Shown here in pieces: positions 48,431 to 59,713 of a stretch of DNA of 64,000 bases. The translations under genes and the position numbers were made by a program. The stretch spans positions 1,248,315 through 1,312,314 of the forward strand of contig CBDHES010000002.1 of the NCBI GenBank assembly GCA_965262175.1. The letters are read 5' to 3'. The stretch comes from Acidimicrobiales bacterium. Its GTDB lineage: Bacteria; Actinomycetota; Acidimicrobiia; Acidimicrobiales; SZUA-35. Below the pieces are notes generated by a model. That model was given only the letters and a program-made list of their open reading frames with translations. It did not search any database and had not been told where the DNA came from. The number at the start of each line of letters is the position of its first letter. The stretch's first letter is position 1.

Positions 48431-48988
48431 ATGTCCCCGACCGAACCTCCGGTTGGCACAATGAGCGTCGTGGTGACGGTCCGACAGCAACGCCTGGTGA
48501 CGTGGGGTCTCGCTCTGGTGGCGACGATGGCCCTGGTCCTCGCCATCGCCTTCCAGGGCGATCGGACCATCGAGGACGACGAGCCGATCGTCGACCGACC
48601 GGCCGGTGCCGGCGGCGACGGAGGGGCCACCGCCAGCCCCCGACCGATCAATCCGATCGAGGGGTTCCTGCCCCGATCGGGCGAGGGCAGCGGCTGCCAG
48701 GAGCCGGTCGGGGTCGACCTGATCACCGGCTACGCCGCCACCCTGACGATCAACGGCATCCGGATCACCCCCGAGGAGATGAACGTGAACCTCGATGACG
48801 ACGGGCAGATCTCCCAGGAGATCACGGCGTCCCGGTCGTTGTCCCAGTTCACCTTCGGCCCCGAGCCGGACTGCCCCAACGGTCGGGTGCTCCGCCCGAC
48901 CGACAACGTGATGCAGGCCTGTGTGTACCGGCTGGAGGATGGCCCCGAGTCCTGCACCGTCGCCGAGTACGTGTTCGACGTCGCCTGA
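48431..48988 (+). CDS. Hypothetical protein with N-terminal signal/anchor and a Cys-containing C-terminal domain
   Basis: Start uncertain. Hydrophobic segment LVTWGLALVATMALVLAIAF. Divergent from the kinase gene. Confidence 0.35.
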   Translation: MSPTEPPVGTMSVVVTVRQQRLVTWGLALVATMALVLAIAFQGDRTIEDDEPIVDRPAGAGGDGGATASPRPINPIEGFLPRSGEGSGCQEPVGVDLITGYAATLTINGIRITPEEMNVNLDDDGQISQEITASRSLSQFTFGPEPDCPNGRVLRPTDNVMQACVYRLEDGPESCTVAEYVFDVA

Positions 48989-49006
48989 CCGAAGGGACGG
49001 GCGACC

Positions 49007-51109
<2,103 letters not shown>

Positions 51110-51141
51110 CTACTGGGCCCGTCGATGGGCACAATGGACCG

Positions 51142-52044
51142 GTGAACCCCGCTTCGCTCGTCGCCCGGGCCGGTCTCTGGCCGCTGCGCGTCCTGTGGTT
51201 CCTGGCTCCGGTGGCCGCCGGGCCCGGTCTGACCCAGGCCCTCGACCGCTTCGACGACCCCGGGCCCCTGATCGGCGAGATCGGGCTGTGGTCGGCCTGG
51301 TTCGTCGGCCTGGTCGCCACGCTGGTGCCGACCGCACTGAGCCTGACGGCGATCCGTGTCCTCACCCCGGCCGTGGCCGCCCTGGCGATGATGGCCGGCG
51401 TGCTCGGCGGGGCGTGGCCCCGGTCGCTGCTCCTCGCCCTCGTCTACGGGGCGCTGGTGACCGGGGTCTGCTACGTGCCGATCGTCGGCGACCGGATGGT
51501 CAACGGGGCGGCCTACGGGTCGGAGCGGCGGATGACGCTTCGACCACCGGCCTTCGCCCTCCTCGGGCCCATTCAGCTGGCGTGGGTCGTCACGTTCGCC
51601 GGGGCGGTCACCGGCCCCCTCGTCCTCGCCTCGGGCCGCTACGTGGTCGGCGCGGCCGCCGCCGTGGTCGGGGCGGGAGCGGTCTGGGCCGGGTTCCGGG
51701 TGCTCCACCAGCTGTCACGGCGGTGGATCGTGTTCGTGCCGGCCGGATTCGTGATCCACGATCACGTGGTCCCGGCCGAGTCGATCCTGCTCCGTCGGTC
51801 GACGATCACCTCGCTCGGCGCGGCCCAAGCCGGCACCACCGCCGTCGACCTCACCGGCGGGGCCTACGGCCTGGCCCTCGAGGTGGTCCTCGACGAGCCG
51901 GTGCCGTTCACCCGACGGGCCCGGGGGCAGGTCGAGACCGTGTCGGCCGACCGGCTCACGTTCGCCCCCACGCTGCCGGGAGCGATCCTGGCTGAGGCCC
52001 GGATCCGGGCCATCACCATCGCCACCGCCGATCCGGTGGCGTGA
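51142..52044 (+). CDS. Hypothetical membrane protein
   Basis: Five to six TM helices. The GTG start is chosen to avoid overlapping ligA; the table ORF begins at 51037. Confidence 0.4.
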   Translation: MNPASLVARAGLWPLRVLWFLAPVAAGPGLTQALDRFDDPGPLIGEIGLWSAWFVGLVATLVPTALSLTAIRVLTPAVAALAMMAGVLGGAWPRSLLLALVYGALVTGVCYVPIVGDRMVNGAAYGSERRMTLRPPAFALLGPIQLAWVVTFAGAVTGPLVLASGRYVVGAAAAVVGAGAVWAGFRVLHQLSRRWIVFVPAGFVIHDHVVPAESILLRRSTITSLGAAQAGTTAVDLTGGAYGLALEVVLDEPVPFTRRARGQVETVSADRLTFAPTLPGAILAEARIRAITIATADPVA

Positions 52045-52048
52045 CCTC

Positions 52049-53710
52049 TCAGCCGTCGGGCAACGGCGCCACGAGCAATCGATCACCCGAACCGTCGACC
52101 GAGATGGCGTGGAGCACGAGTCGGCCGCCGGCGACAACCACGTCGGCCAATCGGTGACCGGCGTCGTCGGGAGGGACGGTCCAGGCCCAGGAATCGCCGG
52201 ACGTCGACGCCACCACGGCCCACGACTCGATGGCCGGATCGGGGTCGGTGTCGACCATGAACGCCGTCGCCGGACCGGGCCGAGTCCACCCGCCGAACAC
52301 GACCTGCCACGTCGGCTCGGGGAACAGCCCGACGAGCTCAGCCCCATCCGGCGCAAGCCGATGGAGAACCGGTCGGCCGTCGTACTCGGTGATGGCGACC
52401 CCGAACTCATCACCGGACGACAACACCACGGTGCCGGGAATCGACCGGTCGATCCACCGATCGCTGTCGACCGGACGGAAGCTCAGCTCGGTCCCCCCGG
52501 CCGGGGCGGCGGCGGCCACGATCGTCCCCAGCTCACCGATGGCGATCTGGTGGATCATCCCGGGGATCTCTCTGACCGGCACAACCTCGCCCTCGTCGAC
52601 CACATAGATGACGGTGCGCGTTCGATCCTCGCCAGGGACCCCCATCTCGAGGGCGAAGTCGGCCGGAGGGACACCAAGGTCGGCCGCCGTGACCGCGAAG
52701 GTCCGCCGATCGCTGACCGAGAAGCACTCCCCGTCGGTCCGGGCGGCGGCACTGACCGTGATCGACAGGACGTCGGCGTCGCCTCGGACGTCGCAGAAGA
52801 TGTCGTCGTCGGTGAGGTACCCGCGCTCGACCAGCAACCCCGGGAGGTCGAGCCGGGGGATGTAGGACCTGGCGACGATCAGCTCGTCGACGGTCCCGGC
52901 CACCACCGGCTCGTTGACCCCTTGGGCGACGAGGTGGTCCTCGGCCAGGTCGGGCAGATCGGGAAGACGCAGCGGGAACGGGTCGACGAGGCCTCGCTCG
53001 GGATCGAGCGTCCAGATCCACGTTCCCCACGTGTCCTCATCGGTTCCGACCGTGACGGCGATCGGCGCCTCGGGGTCGGTTGCCGGTAGCGGCAGGAGCC
53101 GATGCCCCTCGGGCAGATCGATCGGCGTCCACCCGTCGTCGGCCGACCACGACAACCCACGATCGAACGTGCCGATCACCACCCGGTCGCCGACCGACCC
53201 CAACAGCTCCATGCCTCCGCCCGACACCACGCTGTCGGGCAGCGGCACCTCGGTCCACTCCAGCTCGGGCCGGGCCGAGATCTGGGGGACGTCGACCCCG
53301 TCCTCGATCGGGGTGACCGGAGGGATCGTCACACGGGCCGGAGCGGGCTCGATGGTCGTCGTGGTCGACCGACCGGTCGATGTCGTGATCGGGTCGGGAT
53401 TGGTGACCTCGGTGGCGTCGAGCCGGTCGATGTCGTCGTCGTTACCGACGATGGCCGTCGCACCGGCCACCCCGATGACGGCGGCTGCGGCCGCGGCGAC
53501 GGCGGGAGCGGCCCAGCGGGCGGGGGGCCGGCGGCGGCGGGGTTCGGCGCGGCGGGTGATGACCGTGTCGAGGGCGGGAACGACGACCGGATCGGATTCG
53601 ACCCGCCGTCGGATCGCCTCACCGAGCTGGGCGCCGAGCCCGGCGTCGTCGGCGGCGATCGCTCGGTCGTTCCCCGATGGGGTGGTGGGCCGGTCGTCGG
53701 AGCGGCTCAT
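52049..53710 (-). CDS. Anti-sigma-factor-like membrane protein: short cytoplasmic N-terminus, one TM helix, ~440-aa extracytoplasmic domain
   Basis: Immediately downstream of and overlapping (ATGA) the ECF sigma gene. TM helix WAAPAVAAAAAAVIGVAGATAIV. Confidence 0.5.
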   Translation of the reverse strand: MSRSDDRPTTPSGNDRAIAADDAGLGAQLGEAIRRRVESDPVVVPALDTVITRRAEPRRRRPPARWAAPAVAAAAAAVIGVAGATAIVGNDDDIDRLDATEVTNPDPITTSTGRSTTTTIEPAPARVTIPPVTPIEDGVDVPQISARPELEWTEVPLPDSVVSGGGMELLGSVGDRVVIGTFDRGLSWSADDGWTPIDLPEGHRLLPLPATDPEAPIAVTVGTDEDTWGTWIWTLDPERGLVDPFPLRLPDLPDLAEDHLVAQGVNEPVVAGTVDELIVARSYIPRLDLPGLLVERGYLTDDDIFCDVRGDADVLSITVSAAARTDGECFSVSDRRTFAVTAADLGVPPADFALEMGVPGEDRTRTVIYVVDEGEVVPVREIPGMIHQIAIGELGTIVAAAAPAGGTELSFRPVDSDRWIDRSIPGTVVLSSGDEFGVAITEYDGRPVLHRLAPDGAELVGLFPEPTWQVVFGGWTRPGPATAFMVDTDPDPAIESWAVVASTSGDSWAWTVPPDDAGHRLADVVVAGGRLVLHAISVDGSGDRLLVAPLPDG

Positions 53711-54195
53711 CGGATCACCTTCCGCAGGTCGGCGAGGCCCCGGCTGATGAGGCTCTTGGCCGTGCCGGGCCGTATCGACATGGCGGCTGCGATCTCGTTC
53801 ATCGAGAACCCGCCGTAGAACCGGAGCACGAGAGCCGTCTTCTTCCGCTCCGACAGGTGGTCGAGGGCGTCGAGCAGGAAGTGGTGCTCACCATCGAGCC
53901 GGTCGGGGGCCGCCTCGGCGGCGGCGTGACGGCGCCGGACCTCCCGCCGCCGTAGCTCCTGGCGGCAGCCGTGGACGACCGAGGTCCGGAGGTAGCCGGC
54001 CGGGTTGTCGACGGTGTCGAACCGCTGCCACAGCCGCCCGAAGCACTCCTGGACCACCTCCTCGGCGATCGCCCGCTCGTCGACCAGGGCCGTGGCCAAC
54101 AACACCATCGGGCCGTACCGGTCGGCGAAGAGGCACTCGAAGGTGACCGGCACTGCCCGATCGGCGTCGGCCCAGACGGTCACCTCACCACCCAT
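53707..54195 (-). CDS. ECF-type RNA polymerase sigma-70 factor
   Basis: Region 2 (FECLFADRYGPMVLLATALV...AEEVVQECFGRLW) and a region 4 HTH (LSERKKTALVLRFYGGFSMNEIAAAMSIRPGTAKSLISRGLADLR). Confidence 0.8.
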   Translation of the reverse strand: MGGEVTVWADADRAVPVTFECLFADRYGPMVLLATALVDERAIAEEVVQECFGRLWQRFDTVDNPAGYLRTSVVHGCRQELRRREVRRRHAAAEAAPDRLDGEHHFLLDALDHLSERKKTALVLRFYGGFSMNEIAAAMSIRPGTAKSLISRGLADLRKVIR

Positions 54196-54276
54196 ACACC
54201 CTGTCTGATGCCGGGCGGACCCGATCGGTTGCGGGGGCGACCCGATTTCGGAGGCGGGCCGGGCGCCGCTGGTCGG

Positions 54277-55998
54277 CTACCGGCGACCCCGGAGGAGCGC
54301 CCCGGGTCGGGCCCCGGTCGGCTCCCCGTCCCGCCACGTCGGCACGCCCGACACGACGGTCGCGTCGTAGCCCTCGGCCCGCTGGACGAGGCGGGGAGCG
54401 CCGGCCGGGAGGTCATACACCATCCGGGGGCTGTCCAAGGCGAGGCGGTCGAAGTCGATGACGTTGAGGTCGGCCTTCTTGCCGGGGACCAGCTGACCGC
54501 GGTCGCCCAGCCCGTAGACGGCGGCGGTGTCGCTGGTCTGGAGCTTGACCGCCTCTTCGAGATCGAGGCGGGGGCCGCGGGTCCGGTCCCGGACCCAGTG
54601 GGTCAACAGGAAGGTCGGGGTCGAGGCGTCGCAGATCAGCCGGCAGTGAGCCCCGCCGTCGCTCAGGCTGAGGAACGCGCCGTGGTGGCGGAGCCGCTCG
54701 AAGGTGGGGTCGAGCGTGTGGCCGGCGAAGTCGGTGAGGGGGAAGAAGAGCAACGCCTGCCCGTCATCGGCGAGGAGGAGGTCATAGCAGTACTCGTAGG
54801 GGTCCCGACCCGACGCCGTGGCGAGCGCCGCCACCGACGTGGCCGGATCCGGTTCGTAGTCGGGCGTCGACCCGAGCGGGTACATCTTGTGGAACCCGTG
54901 GACGATGTCGTGGTTGAAGCGGCCGGTGAACCCGCTCTCCTCGGCCAGGATCGCCGCCTTGACCTCCGGACGTCGGAGGTGAGCCACCCGCTCGGGCAGA
55001 GGCCGATCGGCGACCGCCTCGTAGGCCGGGTGACGCTTGAAGGGGTGGAGCGAGGTCTCGAGCCCGAGCAGCAGCCCGGCCGGGCGGCCGGCGGTCTGGG
55101 CCAGGACCCGCCCCGGGCCGTCGATCGGGGCCGACGACAGCTCGAGCAGGTCCCGCCACTGGTCGGGGTGACGGTCGGCCTGGGTCAGGGCGTAGGTCAC
55201 GGTGAGGCCGTGGTCGGCGGCCAGGGTCCGCATCCAGGCGATGTCGTCGCCGAACCGGCCTTCGAGGCCGCCGAGCCCGATGTCCGATGCCACCTCGACC
55301 ACGCCGCCGCCGGCTTCGGCCACCGCCCGGCCGAGGGCCACGATCTCGTCGGCCCCGGCGAAGGTGCCGGGGACCGGTTCGCCGTCGAGGGCCCGGTGGA
55401 GCATCGTCCGCGACGACGTGAACCCGAGGGCGCCGGCCTCGATCCCCTGGCGGACGATGGCCGCCATCCGGGCGAGGTCGTCGGCCGTGGGGGCCTCGTT
55501 CCGGGCGCCCCGCTCGCCCATGACGTAGGCCCGGACCGAGCCGTGGGGCACCTGGGTGGCGATGTCCATCACCCGTGGCATCGCCGCCAAGGCGTCGAGG
55601 TACTCGGGGAAGGTCTCCCACCGCCAGTCGATCCCGTCGGCCAGGGCCGCACCGGGGATGTCCTCCACGCCCTCCATCAGCTGAATGAGCCACTCGTGCT
55701 CATCGGGCCGGGCCGGGGCGAAGCCCACCCCGCAATTCCCGAAGACGGTGGTGGTGACCCCGTGCCACGACGACGGGGTCAGCTCGGGATCCCAGGTGGC
55801 CTGGCCGTCGTAGTGGGTGTGGACGTCGACGACGCCGGGGGTGACGAGCCGGTCGGTGGCATCGATCTCCTCCCGTCCGGGGCCCACCCCGGGCTCGACG
55901 GCGGTGATGGTGCCGCCGTCGACGGCGACGTCGGCGCTCCGGCGTTCGGTCCCCGTTCCGTCGACGACGACGCCGTTGCGAATGACCAGATCGTGCAT
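54277..55998 (-). CDS. N-acyl-D-amino-acid deacylase (D-aminoacylase) family amidohydrolase
   Basis: Metal-binding DVHTHYDG and FGNCGVGFAP, plus the D-aminoacylase-family C-terminal region. Real start ATG 55998 (MHDLVIRNG). Confidence 0.8.
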   Translation of the reverse strand: MHDLVIRNGVVVDGTGTERRSADVAVDGGTITAVEPGVGPGREEIDATDRLVTPGVVDVHTHYDGQATWDPELTPSSWHGVTTTVFGNCGVGFAPARPDEHEWLIQLMEGVEDIPGAALADGIDWRWETFPEYLDALAAMPRVMDIATQVPHGSVRAYVMGERGARNEAPTADDLARMAAIVRQGIEAGALGFTSSRTMLHRALDGEPVPGTFAGADEIVALGRAVAEAGGGVVEVASDIGLGGLEGRFGDDIAWMRTLAADHGLTVTYALTQADRHPDQWRDLLELSSAPIDGPGRVLAQTAGRPAGLLLGLETSLHPFKRHPAYEAVADRPLPERVAHLRRPEVKAAILAEESGFTGRFNHDIVHGFHKMYPLGSTPDYEPDPATSVAALATASGRDPYEYCYDLLLADDGQALLFFPLTDFAGHTLDPTFERLRHHGAFLSLSDGGAHCRLICDASTPTFLLTHWVRDRTRGPRLDLEEAVKLQTSDTAAVYGLGDRGQLVPGKKADLNVIDFDRLALDSPRMVYDLPAGAPRLVQRAEGYDATVVSGVPTWRDGEPTGARPGALLRGRR

Positions 55999-56027
55999 GG
56001 CTGACCCCCTGATGCGTCTGCGCTCGT

Positions 56028-57221
56028 GTGCAGCTCCAAGCAATGACGGTGACGTCAACGCTAGTGCCGACCGTCGGGGCGGGCCCATTCCCACCCGACG
56101 GCGGCGACCGCTCACGGCGACCAGGGAACGGCCGACGGAACGCCATGAGCAGGTGGCGACCGAGGGCCCGACCGGGGGGAGCGACGAGCCCGACCGGGGC
56201 GACGCCCCCGGCGCCGGGCTGGTGGGACGGGCCACCGGAGGTGATCGACGACGAGTTCATCGCCCTGGCCGACTGCTACCAGCTGTCGGACCGGGCCCTC
56301 GGCCGACTCCACCGGTTCCTCGCCCAGCACCCCGAGGCACCGTCGCGTATGGCCCACGACATGCGGACGATGCTCGATGATCTCGACCCGGGCCACAAGG
56401 CCCGCCAGGTGTTCGACGACTTCGATCACGCCTCGTTGGCCGATCACCTCGGCCGGCTCTACACGTCGGCCCTCGACCGTCACGCCTTGGACTACATCAA
56501 GGTCCGGTTCAGCGAGCGGACCTACAGCCCCGACCAGATGGGGACCACCCTCCCCTACCTGTTCACGGTGGCCCGGACCGTCCACGACCTGGCGATCGAG
56601 TCCGACCTCGATCGGGACCGGGCCGCCAACCTGTGGTTCACCACCACCAAGGTCGGTGCCTGTATCGCCATGGTGGCGATGCGGGTTTTCGTGTGGGCCC
56701 GCGACGACCACCTGCTCAACCTCCAGCGGGTCGCCGACTGCAGCGGCGACCTCGCCGAGGTCGGTGCGGTGCTCCGAACGGCGACCCTCGACCAGGACCA
56801 CGGCCTCGACCACAACGTCGAGCACGCCCGGCGGGAGCTGGCGGATCTCGAGGGGCTGACCGCTCAGGTGGTGAGCACCGTCGACGCCATCCGGCTCCTG
56901 GCCGACCAGACGAACCTCCTGGCGCTCAACGCCAGCATCGAGGCCAGCCGGGCCGGGGACCACGGTCGAGGGTTCACCGTGGTGGCCAACGAGGTGAAGT
57001 CGTTGGCGGCCAACACCAAGGACGCCCTCCAGGAGATCGAGGGGCTGACCGCCCGGATCACGACCGGGGTCGACGATGCCATCGACCACATGGAGCGCGT
57101 CCGCACCTCGGCCACCTCGGTGGCCGAGAGCGCGACGTCGATCGCCAGCCTCAGCGACCAGCTCCAGGATCTGTCCCGCATCGCTGACGAAGAGGCGGTC
57201 AGGGCCCACCTGGCGACCTGA
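56028..57221 (+). CDS. Soluble methyl-accepting chemotaxis protein-like sensor: MCP signalling domain with an N-terminal ~200-aa sensor domain, possibly globin-coupled-sensor-like; no TM helices
   Basis: Highly conserved MCP core [31 protein letters not shown]. The start is uncertain: 56028, or more likely 56142. Confidence 0.7.
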   Translation: MQLQAMTVTSTLVPTVGAGPFPPDGGDRSRRPGNGRRNAMSRWRPRARPGGATSPTGATPPAPGWWDGPPEVIDDEFIALADCYQLSDRALGRLHRFLAQHPEAPSRMAHDMRTMLDDLDPGHKARQVFDDFDHASLADHLGRLYTSALDRHALDYIKVRFSERTYSPDQMGTTLPYLFTVARTVHDLAIESDLDRDRAANLWFTTTKVGACIAMVAMRVFVWARDDHLLNLQRVADCSGDLAEVGAVLRTATLDQDHGLDHNVEHARRELADLEGLTAQVVSTVDAIRLLADQTNLLALNASIEASRAGDHGRGFTVVANEVKSLAANTKDALQEIEGLTARITTGVDDAIDHMERVRTSATSVAESATSIASLSDQLQDLSRIADEEAVRAHLAT

Positions 57222-57280
57222 CCCGGCGGTCGGGTCGAGGTCGAGGTGTCGGCGGCGAGACGGCGAGCTGCCCGATCAGA

Positions 57281-57547
57281 TCAGGCGGCGACCGGCCGGA
57301 GCTCGGGCTCGTCGGCCCGGACGGTGCGGAACACGTCGACGGCGAAGGCGGTGTTCATCACCAGCACGCTGATGAACATGATCACGTACAGGCGGGGCTC
57401 GGGTTGGCGGATCCCCAGCTCCACATAGGTGAGGCCGATGGCACCGACCAGCCAGGCGACGGCGAGCAGCTGCTTGGTTCCGGCGATCAGATACCCCACT
57501 CCGGGGAGGAAGAAGTTGGCGAGGGCGGCGATGGTGGCACGGGACAT
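57281..57547 (-). CDS. Small hypothetical membrane protein (2 TM helices)
   Basis: ORF with two hydrophobic helices. Weak support. Confidence 0.3.
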   Translation of the reverse strand: MSRATIAALANFFLPGVGYLIAGTKQLLAVAWLVGAIGLTYVELGIRQPEPRLYVIMFISVLVMNTAFAVDVFRTVRADEPELRPVAA

Positions 57548-57683
57548 GGTCGGCTCCTTTCGGTTGGTTGGTTCGACCATGACCTGATTGTCCGGGGGTT
57601 CGGGCCCGGGGAGAATGGCCAGGCGTCGCCCCTGCTTGCGCGATCGTCCACGGTGTCCCCGGCGGCGTGGTGCGGGGGTCGGC

Positions 57684-58604
57684 CTAGGCCGCCAGCGACG
57701 CCCGGTACTCGCTCGGCCGCATCCCGGTCTGGCGGAGGAAGGCGTTGGAGAAGCTGGCCTCGGTGGCGTAACCGACCGCCCGGGCGGTCGTGGCGACGGT
57801 CTCCCCGTCCCGCAGGTGACGGGTGGCGAGGTGCATCCGGCAGCGGGTCAGGTACTCGGTCGGCGGCTCACCGACCACCTCACGGAACCGGGCGAAGAAC
57901 GACGAGCGGGACATGCCGACCTCGGAGGCCAGCCCGGCGGCCGTCCATCCCCGGTCGGGCTCGTGGTGGATCAGGCCCAGCGCCCGGGCCAGGGCCGGAT
58001 CGTGCAGCGCGGCCAGCCACCCCCGGCCGGTCGGGCCGAGCTGCTCGACGTATCGGCGGATGACCTGGATCACGAGGACATCGGTCAGCCGGGACGAGGC
58101 GGTGGCCGAGCCTGCCGCCCGGGACTGGACCTCGCTGGCCAGGAGCTCGATGATCACCGGGACCCGCCCGGCCAGATCGTCGTCGCCGACGACGTGGATC
58201 ACCGGCGGGAGCAGCGAGACCAAGGGGTGGATCTCGCTGTCGTCGACGTGGACGGTGCCGCACAGGAGGCTCGTGTGGGGGCCGTCGCCCTCCACCGCCA
58301 GCACCTCCATGCCGTCGGGGCCGGGGCTGGTGTGCATCACGTCGCGAGGGGTCGGCGATCGGGACGGGTCGTCACACATGATGTGGTCGGTCCCCATCGG
58401 GAGGTAGACGACGTCGCCCTTGGTGACCGGGATCGGGGGCTGACCCTCGACCACCAGATAGCAGTCGCCCTCGACGACGGCGTGAAAGACCCCGACCTCG
58501 AGCGGACCGGAGGAGATCCCCCACGGCGCCTTCAGCTCGGCCCGGGAGAACAGCGCACCCTGCATCCTCATCGTCTCCAGGGCGGCCGAGACCGGATCAT
58601 CCAT
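57684..58604 (-). CDS. AraC family transcriptional regulator with N-terminal cupin-like sensor domain
   Basis: C-terminal double HTH (GWTAAGLASEVGMSRSSFFARFRE...ARAVGYATEASFSNAFLRQTGMRPSEYR). Real start ATG 58604. Confidence 0.75.
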   Translation of the reverse strand: MDDPVSAALETMRMQGALFSRAELKAPWGISSGPLEVGVFHAVVEGDCYLVVEGQPPIPVTKGDVVYLPMGTDHIMCDDPSRSPTPRDVMHTSPGPDGMEVLAVEGDGPHTSLLCGTVHVDDSEIHPLVSLLPPVIHVVGDDDLAGRVPVIIELLASEVQSRAAGSATASSRLTDVLVIQVIRRYVEQLGPTGRGWLAALHDPALARALGLIHHEPDRGWTAAGLASEVGMSRSSFFARFREVVGEPPTEYLTRCRMHLATRHLRDGETVATTARAVGYATEASFSNAFLRQTGMRPSEYRASLAA

Positions 58605-58730
58605 GCCGTCGATGCTATGGCCGGTTTGGACGCTCGGACAAGAGGCTCGGCCACTGGCGTATTCCGCCATCGGGCCTCCGTTCCTAGGTTCGTCTTCAGC
58701 AGCCATGAACCGACCGAGAAGGAGAAACGC

Positions 58731-59195
58731 ATGGCCACGACCAGCGGCTACCTCACCAATTTCCTGAGCCGGCGATTGCCCGGCGTGACCAAATGGGCCA
58801 CCCGCCGCCAGGTGCATCAGTACCGGGCCAGCGGCGGCGCCAAGGGCAACCAGATCGCCGGCGCTCCGGTGTTCGTGCTCGACGTCGTCGGGCGCCGAAG
58901 CGGCGAGTCTCGACCGGTGGCCTTGATGGAGGTCCGAGACGGTGACGACCTGGTCGTCGCCGGCTCCAACGCCGGTCATCCCGAGACCCCCAACTGGTAC
59001 CGCAACCTGATGGCCGCCGGGGCGGCCCACGTCGAGGTCGGGACCGAGCGGTGGCCGGTGACGGCCCGCCAGGTCGACGACGAGCACGACCGGAGCCGCT
59101 ACTGGCAGCTCCTGGTCGACACCTTCGAGAACTTCGATTCGTACGAGCAACTCACCGACCGGCAGATCCCGGTCGCCGTTCTGAGCAGGGCCTGA
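58731..59195 (+). CDS. Deazaflavin (F420)-dependent nitroreductase family protein (PNPOx-like)
   Basis: NWYRNL motif and overall Ddn-family pattern. SD GAAGGAG 8 nt upstream of the ATG. Divergent from the AraC gene. Confidence 0.7.
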   Translation: MATTSGYLTNFLSRRLPGVTKWATRRQVHQYRASGGAKGNQIAGAPVFVLDVVGRRSGESRPVALMEVRDGDDLVVAGSNAGHPETPNWYRNLMAAGAAHVEVGTERWPVTARQVDDEHDRSRYWQLLVDTFENFDSYEQLTDRQIPVAVLSRA

Positions 59196-59196
59196 C

Positions 59197-59616
59197 ATGA
59201 CCATGAGCACCACCACCATCGACGCCGCGGCCATCGCCGCCGACATCGCCGCCCGGTTCGAGCGGGCCTGGAACGCCGGCGACGGCGCGGCCTACACCGA
59301 ACCGCTGACCCCCGACGCCGACTACGTGACCATCCAGGGTCTCCACCTCGACGACCGGGACGACATGACGGCCGGCATCGCCGAGCTGTACGCCACGATC
59401 TACCGGGACAGCACGATGGCGATCGAACCGACACGGGTTCGTCTCCTCGGCCCGGGAACGATCGTGGCACAGCTCCGCCACGTCCTCACCTGCCCGGTCG
59501 GTCCGCTGGCCGGCACGACCACGACCCTGGCGACGGTCGTGATCGTCGACACCGACGACGGGTGGCGGGTCGCCGCCCTCCACAACACCGTCGTCGCCCC
59601 TCCCCCAGAGGAGTAG
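59197..59616 (+). CDS. SnoaL-like/NTF2-fold (DUF4440/SgcJ-like) protein
   Basis: 139 aa. ERAWNAGDGAAY...WRVAALHNT pattern. Stop-start overlap with the upstream gene (TGACATGA). Confidence 0.55.
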   Translation: MTMSTTTIDAAAIAADIAARFERAWNAGDGAAYTEPLTPDADYVTIQGLHLDDRDDMTAGIAELYATIYRDSTMAIEPTRVRLLGPGTIVAQLRHVLTCPVGPLAGTTTTLATVVIVDTDDGWRVAALHNTVVAPPPEE

Positions 59617-59635
59617 CCGAACCGCCCCGACAAAG

Positions 59636-59713
59636 CAGCCGCCCTAGCGGGCGTGCCGCCGGGCAGCCGCCCTAGCGGGCGTGCCGCCGGGCAGCCGCCC
59701 TAGCGGGCGGCTG
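59636..59713. repeat. 2.8 tandem copies of a 28-bp unit (cagccgccctagcgggcgtgccgccggg) between convergent genes; the last copy forms a 9-bp-stem hairpin (cagccgccc-tagc-gggcggctg); bidirectional terminator-like
   Basis: Direct reading. The hairpin overlaps the TAG stop of the tsaC-like gene. Confidence 0.5.

Noticed and set aside
59636-59713. Possible CRISPR array
   Set aside because: Only about 2.8 directly abutting 28-bp units with no spacers between them. No cas genes are present in the window.
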